A stretch of DNA of 64,000 bases, taken from the IMG/VR virus record IMGVR_UViG_3300032167_005013. One strand, given 5' to 3'. The notes beneath the pieces were generated by a model that was not told the DNA's origin, searched no databases, and saw only the letters and a program-made list of their open reading frames with translations. The position numbers and the translations under genes were made by a program. Numbering within the stretch: position 1 is the first letter of the stretch; each line of letters starts with the position of its first letter. Positions 38,054 to 47,951 of the stretch are shown piece by piece. Source of the DNA: a virus. Taxonomy: Duplodnaviria; Heunggongvirae; Uroviricota; Caudoviricetes.

Positions 38054-38066
38054 ATATTTTTTATTA

Positions 38067-38543
38067 TTACATGTTTATCGTCATGTTTCCGTTAACCTCT
38101 CCAATATTAAGAGTTTTTGTTGGTTTAATACCTTCCCCCCAATTCAGCATTTCAACTGACCTGATAAGGAATTCATCAATCTTACTATCGTCGTAATAAC
38201 AATCTACGCCACAACAGAATTGCACTATTCTTGCTACTCCATATAGTTCATTAACCATATTGAACACAAACTGTCCCTCTCGCCAATTTTTTGGCTTTTC
38301 ATATGAATATATTTCGTTTTTAACTTCTTCTACTGTAAACAGTTGTTTATGCTCAGCAAAATTTTCATTGAAATCATTCAATTCCCTGACAAAAATCATT
38401 GTTTCTCCTGTGTGTCTATCATCACCTTTATATACAACACCATCGACCCACTCACCATTGATTTTGATTTTGCATTTATCCACAATTGTTTCAATAACAC
38501 CTTTTTTCTTGTGCTCAATGATTTTTCCACTAACTATTTCCAT
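38067..38543 (-). CDS. hypothetical protein
   Basis: 158-aa ORF; WREGQFVFN motif. Confidence 0.7.
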   Translation of the reverse strand: MEIVSGKIIEHKKKGVIETIVDKCKIKINGEWVDGVVYKGDDRHTGETMIFVRELNDFNENFAEHKQLFTVEEVKNEIYSYEKPKNWREGQFVFNMVNELYGVARIVQFCCGVDCYYDDSKIDEFLIRSVEMLNWGEGIKPTKTLNIGEVNGNMTINM

Positions 38544-38553
38544 ATATCATTCC

Positions 38554-39489
38554 TTATTTCTTATTTTTTCTTTTCTGTCCGTGATAAGGTTCCCCCATAA
38601 AAGATTTTTCATCAAAACCAAGCCTATCGCGGTCGACAATATTTTTCTCCTGTTCTTTCTCTTTTTTTCTTTGTTCTAAATCATGTAAAAGGGTTTCGTT
38701 TCTTAATTCCCTTTCTTTCAAACGTTCCCTATACTCTTTCTTCTTTTGTTTTAACGTTTCCTTTTTCCATTGTCTATACTCAGGACTATTATACTCATAA
38801 TAATAACGAATTTGCCCTTCCACTTCAAAGCAAGATTCCACAAAATCTCTTGCGTGTGAAGTTTCATTGTACCATTTATATCCATGTTTACTGACCTCAG
38901 TACTTTCATTTTTTATGTGATAAATGATACTATCATATTTTTCCTGATTAATTCTGCCACCGCAACAAATATGATGAAACCAACCCCCAAGATTAACACC
39001 GTTATCCACCAAGATAGTACGTAAAAGAAGAATCTGATTTTCACTCAAATCTGTACGAAGAAAAAACATTGCATTGGAAACATCCTTGCCTACAGTTGTC
39101 CTCCTTTCTTTCTTTTTATCTATCCAAAGTTGTGTTCTTTCAGCCTCTTTTTTATTAATCTGCAGTCGCCCCTGTGAATCAATAATGTATTCTTTTAAAC
39201 GAGTATCACCTTCTTTAAATTCAACTCTTGAACTTAACAATAATTCAACTAAATTAGGTTCATGCCTTGCGACATTGAAATCTTTCATTTTTTCGAGAAT
39301 ATGCTCCTTGACTTTGTCATAGTTTCTACCAACAGATTTCTTTAGATACCTGTCAATATATCTACCAACAATCTTGTAATTTTGTGTACCTTGGTCGTAT
39401 ATCTTCATATCATAACTTTCCCGAAAATGAGTCTTTCTCATTGAAATCCTCTGAGGAGAATTATCTATTGTTTCAATATCTTTCATCAC
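38554..39489 (-). CDS. hypothetical basic protein
   Basis: 311-aa ORF. Confidence 0.7.
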   Translation of the reverse strand: MMKDIETIDNSPQRISMRKTHFRESYDMKIYDQGTQNYKIVGRYIDRYLKKSVGRNYDKVKEHILEKMKDFNVARHEPNLVELLLSSRVEFKEGDTRLKEYIIDSQGRLQINKKEAERTQLWIDKKKERRTTVGKDVSNAMFFLRTDLSENQILLLRTILVDNGVNLGGWFHHICCGGRINQEKYDSIIYHIKNESTEVSKHGYKWYNETSHARDFVESCFEVEGQIRYYYEYNSPEYRQWKKETLKQKKKEYRERLKERELRNETLLHDLEQRKKEKEQEKNIVDRDRLGFDEKSFMGEPYHGQKRKNKK

Positions 39490-39529
39490 TTTATTAAGTT
39501 TCTTAATGCAAATATACCTATTTTTCTAA

Positions 39530-40492
39530 TTAAAACAAAGTACTTAAATCAATTTCTTCGTTTTTAAATGGTTTTAACCGGCTGTTTTCAAAAGCATCCA
39601 AACACACCTTTGCTATCACTTTTCTTAACTGATTCCACCTTTTATAATAAAGGGATGTTATTTTTTTTATGATTTTATTATATGATAAGTGTCTTTTTGT
39701 TATTTGTAACCATATTTCTTCAACGTCACTTTTATTATTGGTATTAGCAATTTCTTCAATCCAATTATAGATGATTTTAAAATTATTAAACGTTATATTT
39801 TCTTCTATCTGTTTCAAACCATCCTGAGGATTTGCCCATTTTGATGCGCTATACAATAATGACGTGTATAATGAAGCAGCATAAGCATTTGTTTCAAAAT
39901 CAAACAGATAATAAACTATATAACCAATTTTCTTTTCAAGAGATGTAGAATTACTCGACGTTATCAAATCTCTGGTTGTTACGTAACTATCAATGTAATT
40001 ATCAACGGTATAAGGTCTCTGTCCTTTCTTCAAACGCATATAAATCTCATATGCATGGGTGAGTTCATGGGCAAATAAACTCCTTGCACGGTTCACAAAT
40101 CCATTCCAATCTTTACCGCTTAATGTAAAATTCATTCTTAGTGTATTAATTTTCCCTTCCTCATTAAGCTTTCTAATATCCCCAACAAGATAACCATTAT
40201 TGCCCCCCTTTTCTTGTTTATTTACCACAATATCCACATTAGAGAAAAAACAGTTCTCAATCTTATTGAAATTATTTTGTGTTAATAGAAACTTCCCATA
40301 TGAATCTTTATGCTTCTTAAGAAAATTGATAAACACATTTATATATTGTTCTACATTTGGAATCATTCCATGCTTTTCAAGCAAAATGGTTTTTTGCTCA
40401 TTAAGTTTACCAAAACCATTCCGTAAATAATCTTCAAGCACGATACTATTTTCCACAGTATCGTGCAAAAACTTATTAATATCTAACTCCAT
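39530..40492 (-). CDS. HExxH putative metallopeptidase (member 5)
   Basis: HELTHAY, YYLFDFETNA; N-terminal LNE/LLEKHG; closest to member 3. Confidence 0.72.
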   Translation of the reverse strand: MELDINKFLHDTVENSIVLEDYLRNGFGKLNEQKTILLEKHGMIPNVEQYINVFINFLKKHKDSYGKFLLTQNNFNKIENCFFSNVDIVVNKQEKGGNNGYLVGDIRKLNEEGKINTLRMNFTLSGKDWNGFVNRARSLFAHELTHAYEIYMRLKKGQRPYTVDNYIDSYVTTRDLITSSNSTSLEKKIGYIVYYLFDFETNAYAASLYTSLLYSASKWANPQDGLKQIEENITFNNFKIIYNWIEEIANTNNKSDVEEIWLQITKRHLSYNKIIKKITSLYYKRWNQLRKVIAKVCLDAFENSRLKPFKNEEIDLSTLF

Positions 40493-41144
40493 CTTTCTCT
40501 GTTTTCCATTCTATATATTTCTCAAAATCAGTGAAACCTTTTTCACCAACCTTGTTTTTCATAAATTTATATAGTGATTCAAGACTAACAAGACTAAAAT
40601 TAGCAAGTTCACTGTCAAGACCAACATCCACCCTAAGTTCCTCACTTTCTTCATTTATCTTTAAAAGTGAGTTATGTGTATGGCCATGAACCATGAAAGC
40701 CCCGTGTAATCTTCTGTTCCACGCAACCATTGGAAAATGACAGAGCACAAGATAAATGTTTTCTTCAAGAAAATCATACTGATGTTTCTTTATCGGGAAC
40801 TCTTTAATCTGAGAAACCGATACAAAATAATTCTCAAGCCCTTTGCATGACTTATCATGGTTTCCTATAATAAGATGCTTCTGCCCATGCAGCCTTTCGA
40901 GAAATTTTCTCGTATCCTCCGGAGTACCAAAAGACACATCACCAAGTATATATACATGGTCATGCTTTGCAACAGTCATATTCCACATCTTTACAATCCA
41001 TTCGTTGTGTTTCTCCATTGCCTCAGTATCACTCATGTCATCGGTTATCCCCATGGTTTCCCTACGCTCTTTCTGAAATTTCAAAATGTTTCGATGAAAA
41101 GCGTGTAAATCTGCAGTAAACCATATCTTATATGCATTTTCCAT
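40476..41144 (-). CDS. calcineurin-like phosphoesterase
   Basis: ADLH..H.NI, LGD, GNHD, CHFP, HGHTH, VDVGLD. Confidence 0.9.
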   Translation of the reverse strand: MENAYKIWFTADLHAFHRNILKFQKERRETMGITDDMSDTEAMEKHNEWIVKMWNMTVAKHDHVYILGDVSFGTPEDTRKFLERLHGQKHLIIGNHDKSCKGLENYFVSVSQIKEFPIKKHQYDFLEENIYLVLCHFPMVAWNRRLHGAFMVHGHTHNSLLKINEESEELRVDVGLDSELANFSLVSLESLYKFMKNKVGEKGFTDFEKYIEWKTEKDGVRY

Positions 41145-41146
41145 TT

Positions 41147-41407
41147 TTAATACCAATCTTTTAAAAAATCTTCATAATTTTCGTATGTTGTACCTTCTGA
41201 ATATATCCTTCCTTTAGCATCAATACTCCAACATTCTGTCCATTCAGAACCTTCACCTTGGTCACTATGCCCATAGACTTCAAACGAAAAATAATCATCA
41301 TATTCTTCTATATTCCCGCAACAATAGGTACAGTGATAATCCCAATAATGTGATATCGCATCAAGCACCTTATCTAACAGATTTTGCAATTCTATTTTAT
41401 TATCCAT
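41147..41407 (-). CDS. hypothetical protein
   Basis: Operon packing. Confidence 0.65.
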   Translation of the reverse strand: MDNKIELQNLLDKVLDAISHYWDYHCTYCCGNIEEYDDYFSFEVYGHSDQGEGSEWTECWSIDAKGRIYSEGTTYENYEDFLKDWY

Positions 41408-41409
41408 TC

Positions 41410-41616
41410 TTATCCCTCCTTATCCATTACAGCCATTGCAACCTTTTCTCCCCTATACTGTCTAAGTTTTTCTTCTACAGCCTTAGCGTCAACATGATAT
41501 CCCTCGGATTTAAGATGCTCAATTAGTTTTTCAATATAAACTTCCCCACGTTTTTCTTTAGGTATTAACTCAATTAACCTAAGCATGGGGGTAAAACATA
41601 ATCTATCTGTACTCAT
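41410..41616 (-). CDS. hypothetical protein
   Basis: Operon packing. Confidence 0.6.
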   Translation of the reverse strand: MSTDRLCFTPMLRLIELIPKEKRGEVYIEKLIEHLKSEGYHVDAKAVEEKLRQYRGEKVAMAVMDKEG

Positions 41617-41831
41617 AATATTCCAAACAATCTTTTAAACCATCCAATAATTGCTGATGGTAAAGTTCTATAAGGGTACCACCAACAATTCCTATTGGAA
41701 TAGCCGACTTCATACCTATAATTCCTCAAATTAGATTTCTTAATTACCGGAATTTTAAACATAATGTTCACGATTCTATACAAATTATACTGTTTTTGTT
41801 CAGGATTCTAAACACATTTCCTTTTCTTTTA

Positions 41832-42176
41832 TTATATAATACTCCCAAGTCTTTTGTTGTCTTCAATCCATTCTCCAATAAAATCCCAATCAAAATCATA
41901 CATGGGGGTATCATCCATAATAGGATAACCATCATAATCTGCAATGTAACCGTTCAATTCATAATCCCCCTTTTCGATTTTATCTGCAATTTTTCTTAGA
42001 TGATTAGCAAGTTCAAGCCTGAAACGTTTATCACCTTCAACAACATTTACGATATAGTTTTCAGCATCATCTAATGAAACTTTATGTTTGGTACAATCTA
42101 TTGGAGATGTAAATACATAATGGTCAAAATCTATGTCAATACACGGTCTATATTTAAAAACATCTGCTTCTTTCAT
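41832..42176 (-). CDS. hypothetical protein
   Basis: Operon packing. Confidence 0.65.
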   Translation of the reverse strand: MKEADVFKYRPCIDIDFDHYVFTSPIDCTKHKVSLDDAENYIVNVVEGDKRFRLELANHLRKIADKIEKGDYELNGYIADYDGYPIMDDTPMYDFDWDFIGEWIEDNKRLGSII

Positions 42177-42177
42177 A

Positions 42178-42378
42178 TTATTTTTTGTTTAAAACAGCCA
42201 TTGCAGTTACAATACCCATTATATGATTCTCCTCATAATTTTTGTTAACCATTGCAAGCGTATCATCACCAACAACATTAAATGTGTTAATAGGGACATA
42301 TCCCCCATTGTGATGATATGCAAGATTAACATCATCCCTCATATTTTTTGTATATTCTCTAAATTCTCCTAACGTCAT
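42178..42378 (-). CDS. hypothetical protein
   Basis: Operon packing. Confidence 0.6.
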   Translation of the reverse strand: MTLGEFREYTKNMRDDVNLAYHHNGGYVPINTFNVVGDDTLAMVNKNYEENHIMGIVTAMAVLNKK

Positions 42379-42824
42379 GATATTTTATTTTTAGTTTCTT
42401 CGTGATTCTCAAATTTTGCTTTCAACCTAAGATATGTTTGATATTCTTCTTGAAACTCCTTTTCCCTTTTATCATTAACTGCTTTTACCAAGGCTTGTTC
42501 ATCAATATGCGGATGAACGCCCATCTCAATCTGCATGCTTCGACGTGGGCTATAAACGACCTTATCATCCTTTACATAACAATCATCCATATTGTGAAAA
42601 ACATGCAACGGGCGAATTACAACATTTTCCAAGTAATAGTCAACACAATTCAAAAAATCATTTTTGTCAATCCCAATATGTATATAAGTGTCATCAGTAA
42701 AAGTGATTATAAGTTGATTGTCGTCATGGTCAGTCATAGTCCTAAGAAAACCAACCTCACGAACCACCTTCCCTGATAATACATCATTTTCAACTATACC
42801 GGATTGTAATTTAATCTGTTCCAT
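42375..42824 (-). CDS. hypothetical protein
   Basis: Ends EYQTYLRLKAKFE; downstream of a sigma54-like box. Confidence 0.7.
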   Translation of the reverse strand: MEQIKLQSGIVENDVLSGKVVREVGFLRTMTDHDDNQLIITFTDDTYIHIGIDKNDFLNCVDYYLENVVIRPLHVFHNMDDCYVKDDKVVYSPRRSMQIEMGVHPHIDEQALVKAVNDKREKEFQEEYQTYLRLKAKFENHEETKNKIS

Positions 42825-42855
42825 AATATTCTTTTTTTTTAATGTTATTATCTAA

Positions 42856-43065
42856 CTATACTACAAATATCGTGCCACGAATTCTCTCCTTCGTGGTTTT
42901 TCTCGTTCTTTTCTCAAAACAACTTTCATCCGGAAAAAACCAAGAGGAATCTCCCGCCATCCCATCAAGCCACAAGTTACATACATATCCTTTGGTTTTT
43001 CCTTTCCTGTCAACAACTCTACAATAGTGTTCACAGCGTTCACAGCATATCTTATTCTTTCCCAT
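42856..43065 (-). CDS. small Cys-rich hypothetical protein
   Basis: CCERCEHY...CNL...SC pattern. Confidence 0.55.
   Translation of the reverse strand: MGKNKICCERCEHYCRVVDRKGKTKGYVCNLWLDGMAGDSSWFFPDESCFEKRTRKTTKERIRGTIFVV
42862..42877 (-). promoter_or_regulatory. sigma54-type -24/-12 box
   Basis: TGGCACGATATTTGTA. Confidence 0.6.
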
Positions 43066-43870
43066 CGTCTTTTGGATTTAAATCAGGACGTTTCTTATAT
43101 ATCTCCTCTAACTCTTTTTCTCTCTTCTCTTTTTTTACTCTTTCAGATTCATGGTAAATATCCCATGTCTCCTTCTCCCATTCCTCCCCATATTCCTCAA
43201 TCATGGCCTCTTCAAACTCATCACCATAGTAATCCATATCCCAAAGAAGCATTGGGTTTCTTTTTTCAATTTGAACATCAACCCCTTGTTTCTTCCAATA
43301 TTCAACAACTTTATCCGGATTTGAAGTCGGTGATGCTCCTAAAGCAATACCACATCTGAAACTACTTTCCTCTCTTTCAAATGAATAAAAATTCTTGCAG
43401 TCAGCAATTATACTATCCACCATATCAGAAAGGTCCTTTACATATATACTAACATCAGGATTATCCTCGCCAAGCACAAGTTTGAAATAGTTTTCAAGTT
43501 GCTTCTTCATCGGAAGAACCTTCTCATAGTCTCTATGGCCAGGATGCCATTCACCATCCTTATCAGTATAATCAGGCTTGTAAACATCCTTACTACCACC
43601 ATTTGATACATATTCTTGTAGAATCTCCATATAACGGTTCCACTTACCCTCAATATTATATGCTTTCACATATTTGTCAAGAATATATGAAAATTCTTCT
43701 GAAGACAAATAATATCTATCATATATATGGTCGTTTGGCCCCTCAGTTATTTTTCCTGATTTAAAATCAGCAATGAGTTGGTCATAATCAACCGAAGGTT
43801 GTGCCTTTGCATACATTTCTTTCATGCAGTCGTGAAATGCCTGTGATATCACTTTTTCCCTATCTAACAT
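43052..43870 (-). CDS. hypothetical protein
   Basis: ORF preceded by a TTTG-N20-TATATTTG promoter. Confidence 0.75.
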   Translation of the reverse strand: MLDREKVISQAFHDCMKEMYAKAQPSVDYDQLIADFKSGKITEGPNDHIYDRYYLSSEEFSYILDKYVKAYNIEGKWNRYMEILQEYVSNGGSKDVYKPDYTDKDGEWHPGHRDYEKVLPMKKQLENYFKLVLGEDNPDVSIYVKDLSDMVDSIIADCKNFYSFEREESSFRCGIALGASPTSNPDKVVEYWKKQGVDVQIEKRNPMLLWDMDYYGDEFEEAMIEEYGEEWEKETWDIYHESERVKKEKREKELEEIYKKRPDLNPKDDGKE

Positions 43871-43955
43871 AATCCTAAAAATTGTTTGTGGCAAATATAC
43901 TATTTTTTCTTTAAAAAACAAAAAAGAGAAGAACATTTCTATTCTTCTCCTTAAA

Positions 43956-44723
43956 CTATTTCTCGTCATTTTTCAATCTTTCATTTTCTCGCTTTAATAT
44001 TCGATTCTCAGACCTTAAAGTGAGAACTTCACCAAAAAGTTGTTCCCTATATTTTTCACTGTCTATTTTTTCTTTAATAAGAGCCTCATACATTTTCTTA
44101 TATTCACCTGCTGTATGTGGATATTTGTTTCCATCCTCATCAGTCTTAGCCTCTTTCAATAACTGTCTTGTTACATCAAGTTCACGCTTATAATCGTTAA
44201 TCGCCTTATTTCGCCAAGAAACCATGTTATAATAGAACTTCTCGCACAGATTAAGGTCATCTTCACCTAACTTTTCACCGTGAATTTTAGGGGCTTTTTT
44301 AACCCATTTAATATATGGCCATACATCGCACATATAAACTAAGCCGGCATATTCAGGCACTTCTTCAGGTTCAATAAGGCCCTCAGGAACTGCATAGAAA
44401 AAATAATTCGGCTTTAAAACTTTCTCGGTATATGCCTCTTTACCCCATGGCTGAATCATTTTTGGTTCATATGTTCCTTCAAGAATTTGATGCTTTCTCT
44501 TTTTCTTCATGTCGGCCTTGAAATCTGCACGTGAAATTTTCACTTCACCCTCATAAAGGTATCCTGATTTTGTCATTGCAAGATAATCAGATTCCCATGA
44601 TTTATCAAAAACATACAAATTTCTTATCACATATTTAGGCTGTGATAAGAAATTGCGTTCAAGAACATCAATTATTTTTTCTTCAGACCATTCAACTTTC
44701 TCTGTCTTTTTTTTAAATCCCAT
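43956..44723 (-). CDS. PD-(D/E)xK nuclease-like (MmcB-related) protein
   Basis: ESDYL...YEGEVKISRADFKAD, PNYFFYAVP, PEYAGL. Confidence 0.75.
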   Translation of the reverse strand: MGFKKKTEKVEWSEEKIIDVLERNFLSQPKYVIRNLYVFDKSWESDYLAMTKSGYLYEGEVKISRADFKADMKKKRKHQILEGTYEPKMIQPWGKEAYTEKVLKPNYFFYAVPEGLIEPEEVPEYAGLVYMCDVWPYIKWVKKAPKIHGEKLGEDDLNLCEKFYYNMVSWRNKAINDYKRELDVTRQLLKEAKTDEDGNKYPHTAGEYKKMYEALIKEKIDSEKYREQLFGEVLTLRSENRILKRENERLKNDEK

Positions 44724-44816
44724 ATTATTTTTTTTCTAAAAATTAGTTTCCAACCCATCTCTTATCACAATCAACGGCCCGGGAGTTAAATCTCTTAAAA
44801 TAACCATATAAATAGT

Positions 44817-45272
44817 TTAAAGACATATATTTAAACGTTCTTTTGCATGTTCAATCATATCTTTATGGTCAAATGCAAGAGGAGGGAGTTGTCTGAGACT
44901 AAACCATTTACATTCGACAGCATCGTCACCTGCAAAAAATTCAGTATCGCATGGCACAACGACAATTGATAGTACCGAAATTACCCTTCCTCTCTCATCC
45001 CTGTCAGGATTATCGAAAATCTTATCATTAAAATATTTAAAGCATGACCTATTAATGTCAATACCCGTTTCCTCCTTAACTTCCCTCTTTACTGCATCTT
45101 CAAGAGTTTCATTTATTTCCATGTAACCACCAGGTAAAGCCCAACAGCCTTTATGAGGCTCATTTTTCCTCTTAATGAGCAGGATATCAATTCCTGCATT
45201 TTCATTGTACTTTAAAACCGCACAATCAGCTGCCAACGACGGCATTGGATATTCATATACGTATGTTCCCAT
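44817..45272 (-). CDS. Nudix hydrolase, ADP-ribose pyrophosphatase-like
   Basis: WALPGG...ETLEDAVKREVKEETGI Nudix box, RD.RGRVIS, AGDDA, LAFDH. Confidence 0.88.
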   Translation of the reverse strand: MGTYVYEYPMPSLAADCAVLKYNENAGIDILLIKRKNEPHKGCWALPGGYMEINETLEDAVKREVKEETGIDINRSCFKYFNDKIFDNPDRDERGRVISVLSIVVVPCDTEFFAGDDAVECKWFSLRQLPPLAFDHKDMIEHAKERLNICL

Positions 45273-45273
45273 T

Positions 45274-46434
45274 TTAATTCTGTTTTACAACCCAAAGGCT
45301 ATGATATTCATTATGTTCAGGAAATTCAAAATTCTGAACCATATTGTAAAATACATTCTCAGGTATCTGTCCCTTACGTCTCTTGATATTATCCTTAAAC
45401 GTAGGTGCCTCAATATACCAATAGTTCCAACGGATTTTCTTTCCTCCTAAGAAACCTTTCAATTCCTTTCTTCTCTTGGCAGATAGATTAATGTTATTCA
45501 ATATAACAGGACGATTATTTTCTATTGCCTCAAGAAGCCTTTCATTAAAAATCTTGGTAACTTTATTCTCCTGTTTGTTTGTTCCAACAATCTTTTCATC
45601 TGCAGAACAATAACCCAATTCCACCCTGATATCATCTCTTGACAACACCACAGGGTTATCCATCTTATGAATGAGTGTATTCTCAATGAAAGTATTCTTG
45701 CCTGACCCAGGAAGCCCAATCATCACATTGACCTCAACGGCATCGTCAGCAAATTTAGGAAGACTACCACTGCAACCGTAAGGACTTTCACCAATCTTGA
45801 ACATATTCAGCCATGAAATGTTGTTCAATTCTTCACCGATGATTAGGAATCTTTCAAGAATCTTCTTGTCTTCCTCTTTAGTAGAACAACTTGGTTTCTG
45901 AATTGCACCCTCAAGGTCACACATCTTCAGCCTGTATATATCATAATAAGGGAGAGTTTTTGTAATTTTATCAACAACATCCCTTGGCTTCTTGGCTTTT
46001 TCGAAGAAGAGAGGCTCCATATGCCACTTAACCATATGAACAATATACTCACGGTCATAAAGAGGCCAATCCCACAGCATTTCACGTGCAAGTTTTGAAC
46101 CTACATTTTCATGACCATAAGAGTGCCAATTACCATCTTTTTCTCCCTTGAAAGTCGTCTTAGGCTTTCCAACATCATGGAAAAGTGCTGAGAGCATAAA
46201 AAGTCTCTTCTCGTGAAGGTTCTTCTCAGTATCTTCTTCCATAAATCCCAAAGCATGCTTGCACACAAGACGGGTATGTTCCAATGTATTTCCCTCACTA
46301 TGCCAACGAGGATTCTGCATAGTATTCTCCATATCTCTAAAATGTGGAAGTTTCAAAATGAAATCCCAATTCAAGTTCAAAGTATTATCAATAAAAAAAT
46401 CTTCAAGTACCATATTATTCTTTTCCAAATACAT
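45274..46434 (-). CDS. HD-domain phosphohydrolase fused to a P-loop polynucleotide kinase
   Basis: QNPRWHSEG..LEHT, LFHDVGK, GHE; GLPGSGK, SRDDIR. Confidence 0.85.
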   Translation of the reverse strand: MYLEKNNMVLEDFFIDNTLNLNWDFILKLPHFRDMENTMQNPRWHSEGNTLEHTRLVCKHALGFMEEDTEKNLHEKRLFMLSALFHDVGKPKTTFKGEKDGNWHSYGHENVGSKLAREMLWDWPLYDREYIVHMVKWHMEPLFFEKAKKPRDVVDKITKTLPYYDIYRLKMCDLEGAIQKPSCSTKEEDKKILERFLIIGEELNNISWLNMFKIGESPYGCSGSLPKFADDAVEVNVMIGLPGSGKNTFIENTLIHKMDNPVVLSRDDIRVELGYCSADEKIVGTNKQENKVTKIFNERLLEAIENNRPVILNNINLSAKRRKELKGFLGGKKIRWNYWYIEAPTFKDNIKRRKGQIPENVFYNMVQNFEFPEHNEYHSLWVVKQN

Positions 46435-46903
46435 GTTCTATTACATTAATATTCTTGATTTTCTCAAGTTCTTTCTCTTTCTTCTCAATAGAATTGCGCA
46501 TAGATATTATGTTTCGTTCAATTTCGCTGACATATTCGTCAGTGGCAATTTCCACCCACTTCCTCAAAAACTCATTACGGTCTTTAAACCACTCCAATGG
46601 AATATATACATAATATCCAAAAGGAGATACGTAATTTATATGGATATAATCACCATTTACACCACTTTGAAAATCTGCACAATCAATCTTTTTAATGTCA
46701 TCCCTATTATCAACAATTCTTCCAATAAGTTGCCAACCAATTGTATCTATTTTAAATGGGACAGCCCTTGCTAATTTCCAATAATCGGCAGAATAATCAG
46801 CAAGTATGTCTTTCCAAAAATCCTGATATATGTCAGAATCTTTAGGCTCTGACATATACTTTTCAAGTACCTTTTCTTCAATCTTATTCCACATTTTTTT
46901 CAT
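46415..46903 (-). CDS. hypothetical protein
   Basis: 162-aa ORF; weak similarity to 58805..59293. Confidence 0.7.
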   Translation of the reverse strand: MKKMWNKIEEKVLEKYMSEPKDSDIYQDFWKDILADYSADYWKLARAVPFKIDTIGWQLIGRIVDNRDDIKKIDCADFQSGVNGDYIHINYVSPFGYYVYIPLEWFKDRNEFLRKWVEIATDEYVSEIERNIISMRNSIEKKEKELEKIKNINVIEHVFGKE

Positions 46904-46906
46904 TTT

Positions 46907-47362
46907 TTAGTCAACCAGATTTTCTTTTAAAGGGTCATTATTCCTAACATACTGAGCAATTTTTATCTCATAATCAGTGAGTTTGAAATCTGTCTTGTCA
47001 TGCAACCACATAGCATAATGAGGTTCTGTATTGATAATTTCCCAAACAGTTCTTCCTTGATGTTTCCCAAATGGAATGCATCTGCAAATATCTACACCCT
47101 CATTCTTGGCTTTAATTTCATCCGACAGTTTATTGATAACCATCATTGCTTTCTCAAGCATCTCTTGTGCTCTGTTAAAAGGCATCCGCAAAAGATTATC
47201 AGTTGTTAAGCACACGATTTTCTGAGGTGCGATTCCGTAAATATCCTCAAAATCCTTTTGCCTTTTTCTGTGAGTTTCCAATCTCCTCTCGGCTTCCCTC
47301 GCCCATCTTGCACGTTCTTTTTCCTCAAACTCTTGATAGAGTTTCATATCACCTAAGTTCAT
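46907..47362 (-). CDS. hypothetical protein with C-terminal PFGKH.G (DUF3820/ExoX-like) domain
   Basis: IPFGKHQGRTVWEIINTEPHYAMWL. Confidence 0.7.
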   Translation of the reverse strand: MNLGDMKLYQEFEEKERARWAREAERRLETHRKRQKDFEDIYGIAPQKIVCLTTDNLLRMPFNRAQEMLEKAMMVINKLSDEIKAKNEGVDICRCIPFGKHQGRTVWEIINTEPHYAMWLHDKTDFKLTDYEIKIAQYVRNNDPLKENLVD

Positions 47363-47398
47363 AAAATTTTCTATTTAAAAATTAACAACCTAATTCAA

Positions 47399-47417
47399 TA
47401 CAAATATCGTGCCAAAC
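47399..47417 (-). promoter_or_regulatory. sigma54-type -24/-12 box
   Basis: TTTGGCACGATATTTGTA. Confidence 0.7.
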
Positions 47418-47704
47418 TATCTGAAATTGATATCATCTAACGCTCTTTCAAGTCTATTTATTGCATTTTCAATATTATCTTTGATATTGTCAAATGTCCG
47501 GTCATCATCTTCTTTAGATTTTTCTGATGCTTCAATTTTTTCCCACATAGATTCCAACATACCATGTATTGATAATACATCATCAAGGACATCAAGTATT
47601 TCGTCCTTTGTAGGTCCCGTATAAACCGGGTTCTGTGCAGGAGTTTGTAAATCTGATACAAGTCCTGCAACTCTATCCATTACAATGCTAATTCGTTCAA
47701 TCAT
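47417..47704 (-). CDS. small helical protein, tandem paralogue
   Basis: PAQNPVYTGPTKDEI shared with the adjacent gene. Confidence 0.7.
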   Translation of the reverse strand: MIERISIVMDRVAGLVSDLQTPAQNPVYTGPTKDEILDVLDDVLSIHGMLESMWEKIEASEKSKEDDDRTFDNIKDNIENAINRLERALDDINFR

Positions 47705-47707
47705 AAC

Positions 47708-47938
47708 CTATACTTCCTCAGACATCTCTATCCAATAATTCAAATCACTGTTCAAATTTTCAATCTCAATTTGTGCTGAAGCAAAAACATCCAATACTGT
47801 TTTTAGAGTGTCAATAATCTCTTCCTTTGTAGGTCCCGCATAAGCAGGGTTCTGTGCAGGAGATTCCAAATCTGAAATAAGGGCAGATATCTTCTCTGCC
47901 TCAATTTCAATTTTGTTTACAACGTTTAAAAGTGCCAT
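47708..47938 (-). CDS. small helical protein, tandem paralogue
   Basis: PAQNPAYAGPTKEEI. Confidence 0.7.
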   Translation of the reverse strand: MALLNVVNKIEIEAEKISALISDLESPAQNPAYAGPTKEEIIDTLKTVLDVFASAQIEIENLNSDLNYWIEMSEEV

Positions 47939-47951
47939 ATATTAATGTATA

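Noticed and set aside
990-47624. Numerous plus-strand ORFs antisense to minus-strand genes (e.g. 8245..8880, 18303..18866, 46259..46774)
   Set aside because: Shadow ORFs of well-supported genes, with no motifs or promoters
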